DNA of 64,000 nucleotides from Methanobacteriota archaeon (lineage in GTDB: Archaea; Thermoplasmatota; Poseidoniia; Poseidoniales; Thalassarchaeaceae): NCBI GenBank assembly GCA_002727275.1, contig PBWO01000034.1:19941-83940 (forward strand), in the 5' to 3' direction. The stretch's first letter is position 1. The number at the start of each line of letters is the position of its first letter. Below, piece by piece: positions 19,940-27,700 of this stretch. A program made the translations under genes and the position numbers. The notes beneath the pieces are model-generated. The model worked only from the letters and a program-made list of their open reading frames with translations. It ran no database searches and was not told where the DNA came from.

Positions 19940-22054
19940 TCACTCACCTCCTGTCATCCCCAATCCGGGTATTCTGGTGCTCTCCTCAAGCCGCCTGAGA
20001 ATTAAGGCCAAGGTCCATGTGATAACGAAGTAGGAAACCAGAACCATGCCCCAAGTGTATGCCATCTGGAATGTGACTGCAGTGATCAGTTTACCCTGCC
20101 TAGTCAACTCAGCATAACCGATAACCATGGCCAGCGAAGAATTGAGCACTAGGTTGACCATTTCATTGCCCATAGGGGGTATGCAGATTCTGATGGCCTG
20201 AGGCATGATAACTCGTCGCATGGTCTGGAGATATGTCAGACCAATACTCCTGCCGGCCTCCATTTGAGCAGAGGGAATTGCCTGAATTGCCCCGCGTATA
20301 GTCTCGCACTGGTATGCCCCAGAGTTGAACCCAAGGTCGCAAATTGCGCTGATGTATGCTCTGTCATTGAGGAACTCATCCTTGATGAATTGAGCCACTC
20401 CTCCTGTTGAATCCTCTAGAAATGCCTGAGCGGGCTCCTGAATCAACCTGCCCAACTGCAGTCCGAAATGAATGAACATAAACTGTACAATAAGAGGAGT
20501 ATTACGGAAGAAATCAGTGTACAATGTGGCTATTGTATTTAGAGGCCTGACGCCCCATGGGTTGAGTTTGAATCCTTTCAAATCCAACTTGGAGAATTTT
20601 CCATCATGGGTCATGAATAGAACGCCCACGAACGTCAGGCCGATTCCCAGAAGAACTCTACCAAAGGACCCCGGATCTCCAACAGGAATGAAGATGTTCT
20701 CTATTCCATCCAGTCCAAGATCCGCAATCTTCGGGACTGCGATGTAGAACTGATACAGACCTCCAATTGCAAGTAAGATTCCAACCACTCTGACCATTTT
20801 CGGGTCGAACCTCTCCACCATATATTTCATCGAAGTCGGAGAGGTCTTGCACATTGCCAAGGTTACTCCAAACAGGAAACCCATCACAATCCCAAAGACT
20901 ACAATTTTGATCGTAGCGATGAAACCCGCGAACAGCATATCTTTTGAGTAATCAACGAAATTGTCGAAATCGTTGAAATTAATCACTTCAAATCCGACCG
21001 GTTCATCCTCCCCTGCTCGATCTGTCCACAAAACCAAGCCCTGTTCTCCGATTACAATTCCATCGAATCCATCAATCATGGCAATTTCGTAGAGAGATGT
21101 GTTGTTACCTGCGGGATTGATTTGCTGTCTGACGATGTTCCCTCCATCATTGCTCATTGAGACATAACCACCAGCGCCGACAAGCAGGAATTTGTTGGTC
21201 GAAACAACATCAATCGAATGAATTGTAACTCCTAACGAAGTCAATTCTCCCACGAACTCATTAGTCCCGGGAGGATAATGCCTCTCGATTTCAACTAAGT
21301 TCCAGAGAAATCCGACATCGGTCGTACCCTCTCGAGCCGACTTGATGATGTGTCCTTGTTCAGTTACCGCGTAGATCCTCACTGAACTGAAGAACTCGAC
21401 AGAAACAATTGGACTCTCAATTACCTCACTCGGAGCATCTCGGTAGTCCCAAGACTGCCCCCCATCCTCAGAGAAAATGATGGTGCCATTTTCCCCAACT
21501 GCAACTCCTAAATCCTCATCTAGGAAGGAAACACCGAGCAAGTCCTCATCAACTCCTGTCGGTATAAATTCCCAGTTTGAACCCCCATATCTCCACATCG
21601 CACCCTCATTTCCAACTGCGACCAAGCTGTTGTTTCCAGTTAGTGAGATTCCATTAATCGACTCGGATAAAGGCAATTCAACCCAATCAGAATTTACCTC
21701 CTGCTTGAGTAATAGCATACCTGAATTACCCGCTATCGCAAGTGCTCCGAAGGCTGAGTCGGAGTAATGGATGTCTTCGGAAATTGGAGATGCTGTTGGT
21801 GCCCAAGTCTGTCCGAAGTCACTGCTGATTAGGATTAGTCCTGAGTCGCCGAAAACCCAGATTTGTTCACCGAAGGATTCAGCCGAATTTAGATTTAATT
21901 CGGAACCGGAATCTCCAACGTACCATCCACTCTTGTAGTCGGCGGCTTGACTGTTACCCACCAATCCTACAATTACTAGAAGAGCAACAACCGAAACCAC
22001 CCGGTTTACTCTTACAGGCTGATTCCTAACAGATAGGGGAGCCAACTCACGCAT
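19940..22054 (-). CDS. Fusion protein: signal peptide + BNR/Asp-box beta-propeller (Ycf48/sialidase-like) ectodomain + polar amino-acid ABC permease domain
   Basis: N-terminal TM/signal VVSVVALLVIVGLVGNSQA. Asp-boxes SSDFGQTW, SEDGGQSW and SNDGGNI. The C-terminal half has the HisM/GlnP-type permease with the EAA loop AQMEAGRSIGLTYLQTMRRVIMPQAIR. Confidence 0.8.
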   Translation of the reverse strand: MRELAPLSVRNQPVRVNRVVSVVALLVIVGLVGNSQAADYKSGWYVGDSGSELNLNSAESFGEQIWVFGDSGLILISSDFGQTWAPTASPISEDIHYSDSAFGALAIAGNSGMLLLKQEVNSDWVELPLSESINGISLTGNNSLVAVGNEGAMWRYGGSNWEFIPTGVDEDLLGVSFLDEDLGVAVGENGTIIFSEDGGQSWDYRDAPSEVIESPIVSVEFFSSVRIYAVTEQGHIIKSAREGTTDVGFLWNLVEIERHYPPGTNEFVGELTSLGVTIHSIDVVSTNKFLLVGAGGYVSMSNDGGNIVRQQINPAGNNTSLYEIAMIDGFDGIVIGEQGLVLWTDRAGEDEPVGFEVINFNDFDNFVDYSKDMLFAGFIATIKIVVFGIVMGFLFGVTLAMCKTSPTSMKYMVERFDPKMVRVVGILLAIGGLYQFYIAVPKIADLGLDGIENIFIPVGDPGSFGRVLLGIGLTFVGVLFMTHDGKFSKLDLKGFKLNPWGVRPLNTIATLYTDFFRNTPLIVQFMFIHFGLQLGRLIQEPAQAFLEDSTGGVAQFIKDEFLNDRAYISAICDLGFNSGAYQCETIRGAIQAIPSAQMEAGRSIGLTYLQTMRRVIMPQAIRICIPPMGNEMVNLVLNSSLAMVIGYAELTRQGKLITAVTFQMAYTWGMVLVSYFVITWTLALILRRLEESTRIPGLGMTGGE

Positions 22055-22172
22055 GATGGGTCATCCCTTTCACTTGTTCATTAGATATAGAATAGGCGGA
22101 GAAATTGAGACTATTCGAATCTACACAATTTCATTTAGTAATATTAATCGAGGCGATTAGATTAGGTATTAC

Positions 22173-23084
22173 ATGGGCGAGTTACTTTACTCTGGAAAGG
22201 TCAAGCAGGTTTGGAGTACAGATGATCCGGATATACTGGAATTCAGATACACGGATCAGATTTCTGTTTATGATCAAATCATTCCTTCCCTAATCCCTCG
22301 AAAGGGAGAAAGCCTGAACAGAACCACCTGTCACTGGTTTGATCTAATAACTAATGAAGGAATTTGCGACACTCATTTGATTGAGATGAATGCTCCTGAT
22401 AGGTGTCTGGCCAAGCGCTTTGAGGTAATCAAGGAGCCCGGAACTATCCCCCGAGATATGGAAAATGTATTCGTCCCCCTCGAGGTAATCTGCCGACACC
22501 ATCTGGCAGGTTCGGGTTGGCGCCGCTATGCCAAGGGTGATGTCGGGCCCGAGGAGTTCGGTTTTGAGCCAGGTACTAAGTTGAAGGAGAATTGCAAACT
22601 ACCACAACCGTATCTGGAAGTGTCCACCAAGTTCGAGGCCTTCGACCGACTTCTGGACAGAGAGGAGGCTCTGCAGATTTCGAATCTGACCGAACAAGAA
22701 TTCGACTCGATTTTGGAAGCAGTTCTCAAGATTGACGCAATTATCGATAGAGAGGCTGGAAAGCGTGGCTTGATTCACGTTGATGGCAAGAAGGAGTTCG
22801 CCCTAGGCCCGGGTAGAAAGCCAGTCCTAGTCGACTCGTTCGGAACCTTGGATGAGGACAGATGGTGGGATTCGGAGACTTACTCACAAGGTAAAATAGA
22901 ATCTCTTTCGAAGGAGTTCGTAAGGGAGCATTACATCGATATAGGGCATCATGAGGTATTGTATGATGCTAGAGACAAGGGGCTAGATGAGCCTCCAATT
23001 CCGGCCCTCCCTCAGGAAATGATTGACAAGACCGCACGGCTGTATGCTTCGATGTATGAGCGCCTTACAGGGAACGACTTCTGA
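22173..23084 (+). CDS. purC: Phosphoribosylaminoimidazole-succinocarboxamide (SAICAR) synthase
   Basis: LLYSGKVKQVW..., YTDQISVYD, GLIHVDGKKEFAL, and the long-form PurC C-terminal region. Confidence 0.85.
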   Translation: MGELLYSGKVKQVWSTDDPDILEFRYTDQISVYDQIIPSLIPRKGESLNRTTCHWFDLITNEGICDTHLIEMNAPDRCLAKRFEVIKEPGTIPRDMENVFVPLEVICRHHLAGSGWRRYAKGDVGPEEFGFEPGTKLKENCKLPQPYLEVSTKFEAFDRLLDREEALQISNLTEQEFDSILEAVLKIDAIIDREAGKRGLIHVDGKKEFALGPGRKPVLVDSFGTLDEDRWWDSETYSQGKIESLSKEFVREHYIDIGHHEVLYDARDKGLDEPPIPALPQEMIDKTARLYASMYERLTGNDF

Positions 23085-23092
23085 GGTAGGAG

Positions 23093-24001
23093 ATGGGCAC
23101 TCACGAGTATGAGGACGACACTCGTAACTCAGAAGTCATTATCTCGGTTAATGGAGACCTGGTTCATAGAAGTGAAGCAAAAGTATCAGTCTTCGATGCA
23201 GGCTTCCTACTGGGAGATGGCGTTTGGGAGTCTTTTAGATTACACAATGGGCACCTAGTATTCATCGATGAGCACATGGATCGCTTATTCCATGGGGCCG
23301 AGACAATCTCAATGGACATCTGCAAGTCCAGAGAAGAGATCCTATCTGAGATCCAAAGGGTAATCGATGCTAATGGCATGTATGAAGGAGTCCACATCCG
23401 ATTGATTGTCAGCCGCGGACTCAAACCAACTCCTTACCAAGCGCCTTGGGTCATCTCTAGTCCTCCTACTCTGGTAATCATTCCCGAGTACAAGCAGGCC
23501 AATCAGGACAGGGCTAGAGAAGGCATTAGCCTAGTTCCAGTTAACACTAGGAGGGGCGGTCAGAATACTCAGGATCCGAGGATAAACAGCCTTTCCAAAC
23601 ACAATTGCATCGCTGCCTGCATAGAAGCAGCTGAACTTGGTGCCGATGAAGGGTTGATGCTTGATCCGAATGGAAATGTTTCGACATGCAACTCCACTCA
23701 TTTCTTCATAGTGCGGAATGAGGAGGTCTGGACATCGTCGGGCGAATACTGTCTCGACGGAATAACTCGCAGGAAAGTACTAGATTTGTGCAATGCAAAC
23801 AATATTCCTGCGTTTGAGAGGGATTTCACCATTGAAGATGTTAGGTTGGCCGATGAAGCGTTTGTCACCGGTACTTTCGCAGGGCTCACGCCAGTAGTAT
23901 CGTTCGATGATGAGCCAGTCGGAGAGGGAAGTCGTGGCCCAATGTGCGAGAGGCTACAAAATCTGTACATCGAATTGGTAAGGAGTGAGAGCAGTGATTG
24001 A
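23093..24001 (+). CDS. Class IV (fold-type IV) PLP aminotransferase: branched-chain/D-amino-acid aminotransferase or aminodeoxychorismate-lyase family
   Basis: VSVFDAGFLLGDGVWESFR, HMDRLFHGA, HIRLIVSRG, CNSTHFFIV, GITRRKVLDL, and EAFVTGTFAGLTPVVSFD are typical of the family. Confidence 0.8.
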   Translation: MGTHEYEDDTRNSEVIISVNGDLVHRSEAKVSVFDAGFLLGDGVWESFRLHNGHLVFIDEHMDRLFHGAETISMDICKSREEILSEIQRVIDANGMYEGVHIRLIVSRGLKPTPYQAPWVISSPPTLVIIPEYKQANQDRAREGISLVPVNTRRGGQNTQDPRINSLSKHNCIAACIEAAELGADEGLMLDPNGNVSTCNSTHFFIVRNEEVWTSSGEYCLDGITRRKVLDLCNANNIPAFERDFTIEDVRLADEAFVTGTFAGLTPVVSFDDEPVGEGSRGPMCERLQNLYIELVRSESSD

Positions 24002-24017
24002 GGGATGCAGAATCGCA

Positions 24018-24725
24018 ATGTGGTCTGGCCCTAGGAACATCTCTACAGCAATGATGTACTCTTTTGAGAATAGGAACGACTGCTGTGCTATTGACGAACC
24101 ATTCTACGCCCATTATCTAGAACAGACTGGAGTTGAACACCCCGGCGCCCAGAAGGTGATTGATAACTATGAGACGGATTATCACAAAATTACCCAAGTG
24201 CTCTCAGGAGAGTCTCCCGAAGAGTCAGAAATCTGGTATCAAAAGCACATGTGCCACCATATCCCTCTAGGAGCCGATCTTGACTGGATTAAGAATGTAA
24301 CCAACTGCTTTTTGATTCGAGATCCAAGAGAGGTTCTACTGTCTCTTTCCAAGATCACTCACGAAGTCTCCCTATGGGCTACGGGCCTCCCCCAACAACT
24401 CATGTTGCTCGAGCGAGCCTTACAAGATGACACCAAACCTCCAATTCTAGATTCACGAGACATTCTTGAGAATCCCCGAGAGATGCTCGGGATGCTTTGT
24501 CACGAATTAGACATTCAATTCTCCGAGTCGATGCTGACTTGGGAGGCCGGACCTAGGGATTGTGATGGGATCTGGGGGGAGTATTGGTACGAATCGGTTT
24601 GGTCCTCCACCGGTTTCTCACCATACAGCCCCCGAACAGGGAAACTATCGTCCTCATTAGAGTCAGTTCTGGAAGATGCAATGCCACTATATCTCGAACT
24701 GCACTCCAAGAGGATTAGGCTGTAA
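24018..24725 (+). CDS. P-loop sulfotransferase-like protein of unknown specificity
   Basis: MWSGPRNISTAMMYSF...IDEPFYAHYL resembles the PAPS-binding-loop family annotated as sulfotransferase-like in marine bacteria. The track ORF starts at 23985 and overlaps the preceding gene, so ATG 24018 is more likely. TAA stop. Confidence 0.5.
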   Translation: MWSGPRNISTAMMYSFENRNDCCAIDEPFYAHYLEQTGVEHPGAQKVIDNYETDYHKITQVLSGESPEESEIWYQKHMCHHIPLGADLDWIKNVTNCFLIRDPREVLLSLSKITHEVSLWATGLPQQLMLLERALQDDTKPPILDSRDILENPREMLGMLCHELDIQFSESMLTWEAGPRDCDGIWGEYWYESVWSSTGFSPYSPRTGKLSSSLESVLEDAMPLYLELHSKRIRL

Positions 24726-27700
24726 TCAGTCCCTCATGAGTCTGCGCAATCTTGCCTCAAACTCATCTTCTGGCCCCGGCTCGGGTTCGGACTCTGCAAC
24801 CTCCGATTCTTCCAGCGGGGTATCCGAATCTGCGACTTTCTCTTCTGGAAGCTCGGGTGGGATTTCCTTGCTTAGCATCTTTTCCTCAGCTGCACTCATT
24901 GCCATCTCCATCAACTGCTTTCCTTCTCGATTGTTCCTAATTATCCATGCTAAGGCGACACTAACTCCAATCACTAGAACTGCAGCAGCCACAGAGGTCC
25001 CCAAATCGGGGAATCTCGATGGCTCTACAGCACCACCTGATAGAATCACTCGCCCCTCATTATCATTGGAATTAGAGTCAATATCCCAAGGGAATGAGCA
25101 CCCGATTGTCACTACTAACTCTTCGCCATCCTGTGATACACTAGGGCGACTGACCTCAAAGGCAACTGGGAACAGAGCAGTCAAATCGACACTGTGTGAC
25201 ATGCTATATTCTCCGACGTCCAGAGTCAGACTACAGTCTGCATCATATTGAGCCAATAGTTCCTTTACATTCTCACTCCGCTGCCAAGAAACCCTAATTT
25301 TCTGAGATTCTCCTTCTCCCTCAAGCTCAACATCAATAATTCCGATATTCCAGTCAACACGTCTAATTTCGTAAGTCTTTGTTGATTGATAGACCAAAAC
25401 TCCCCTTCCGTCTAGGAGCCTCAATACAAGATCCCTGTTCCCTGGCTCTGGAGACCAATTGTCTGCACTCAGATTAATCGGCCCTAACGAAGCATTCTCT
25501 GTAACAACGCCTGTCGATGATGATAACATTCCACCTTGATCATCGATTAGCATCATCGTGTATTGGAATCGATCGGTTCCATTCATTATTGTGCATTGCG
25601 CTAAAACATCTTCCAGCGGCCCTGAGATGCTACAGGTTGAAATTCTCGTAGATGGTTCGGAAGAGTGTACTAGATAATCGAGAGTCACGGTGCCAATTGT
25701 AATCTGACCTACTCCAGAACTCAGTACTGGCAGAGGCCACCCACCATCGGATAATGAAGACAGAATGCCCGATGAAGAATCTGTCACAGTGGCATCCGGT
25801 GCGGCACCATGGATGTCTATTACAACCTCATCGCCAATCAAACCTACAATTACAGGCGAGGATGCCCAAGAGTAATCCGTTTGAGTGGTATCCAAAGCAA
25901 CTTCTCGCTGGTTTCCATCTTCATCTTCAGCCAAGATCCTAATCGTCTGCAAGCTACCATCCCAGTTTTCAGACGGTATAACCTCAACAGGCACCCCTCT
26001 AATTTCCCCTACTCCTAGGACGACTTCCGATTGTCCCGACACTGTCCATCCAACAGGAAGACTCAGGACGGTGAGGGATATTGTGCTTGGTGCATTACCC
26101 TCATTGAGTAGTTCGACTAGCGGGAACCCGCCAGATTCGGAAACCATCCATTCTCCCTCGGATGTCATATCGAAATCCCTGATAATTGCAACCCTTAGGG
26201 GTAGTGTAATTTCGGCCTCGCCACTTCCATCTCCATCTCTCAGCCTAATATTCAACTCGACTGCTCTGCCATGTTGGGCAGATTCAGGAGGAGTGATGTT
26301 CAGTAACAGTGGTGTAGTTTCGCCAGGAGATAGAACAGGAAGTTCACTAGGCTCTTCAACAATCCAACCAGCTTCACCACTGACCCAGATTGTAGGATAT
26401 GGCCTAGAGTCGGCGTTCCCTATCTGTGCCACAGTTAATTCAACCTGAGAGCCAAAAGGGTCGACTTCGAGATTTGCCTGATCAGCGTAAACGGCCCAAC
26501 CAGGAACTCTAGTGACCTCAAGTCGGAAGGTGAATGAGGACATATTCTGTCCTTGAGCTAAAGCATTCACTGAGACTTCTATTACAGAACCATTCCAAGC
26601 ATCTGTTGGAATTGAAACATTCACCAGGAGTAAGACAGATTCATTCACCCCTATCTCCTGTCCAGAATCTCCGTAAACTGCCCAAGTTGAAGAATCATCA
26701 TCTCCAATTAGGCTGAGATTGTAGCTGGTCTGTAAATTCAGATTATCAATCAGATTACCCTCATTGGTAGAAATGAAATCGACTGAGAAAACCGAACCGG
26801 GATTGACTGGATAAGTTGCACCTTCGGACAAGGTTATTCCTCCGACAAATGCATCAATATCCCATCTGTGATCCTGCCTAGCTTGGAGGAGAACAGTTTC
26901 GAAATCACTGACCGAGTAATCGCCTTGAGAGGTCATGATAATCGAGATAGCCACAGGATGTCCTGCGGGAGTAGTCTCAGGAAGAGAAACCATGACTGGG
27001 ATATTGGTTAGGCTACCTGCACCAAGGGTGACGACATCGTTTGTGAAAGAGACTATTACACCAGGATCTTGGGTTATGTTTTCATCAATTTCGACTTGGT
27101 GACTCAGGCGATATGAATCCGCACCATTGCCTGGATTCTCCAATCTCACCATAACTAATGTCTCCTCATCAACATCTACAGTCAGTGGCTGTTCTGTTGG
27201 AGAGGTGACCAGGATGGCCGCCCTGTGGATTTGCAATACCTCTAGAGACATCCGCATTACATGATTGGAGGACTCAGAGCTAGAATCACTGAATGAATGA
27301 AATGCAGGCGGAGTATCGGCAGGAAGATCAAGGTGCAGATGGCCGGAGGCCAGATTTCCAGGAGTGCCCGACATTACTACCAAGTCTCCTTCGATAGAAA
27401 GACTTCCAGTTGCATTCCAAATCCAACCCTCTATGGCCATCCCAGACTCAGAAAGTGACCAAGTCAACTCATTCGAATCAGATGGCATGTTAGCTTGCAG
27501 CTGCCATTGCAGACCGCTTGCAGGAACGCTTCTTTGATGGACATCAGCAACTACACCTGAAGCTTCGAAAGAGAGAGAAATAGTCGAACATTCCTCCTCT
27601 TCACCACTACCAACGCACATAGTCATCTGTGTACTCACTGAATCCTCTAAATTGGCATCTGATGGGACATTCAATCTAGCAGTAACCAGTTTCACTTCGC

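Noticed and set aside
19937-19942. The permease TGA is followed immediately and in-frame by the TTG start of the ATPase, which could be a read-through fusion
   Set aside because: An in-frame junction is expected by chance in one of three adjacent gene pairs. Both proteins are complete at the junction (permease C-terminus, ATPase N-terminal beta-strand before Walker A), so ordinary operon packing explains it.
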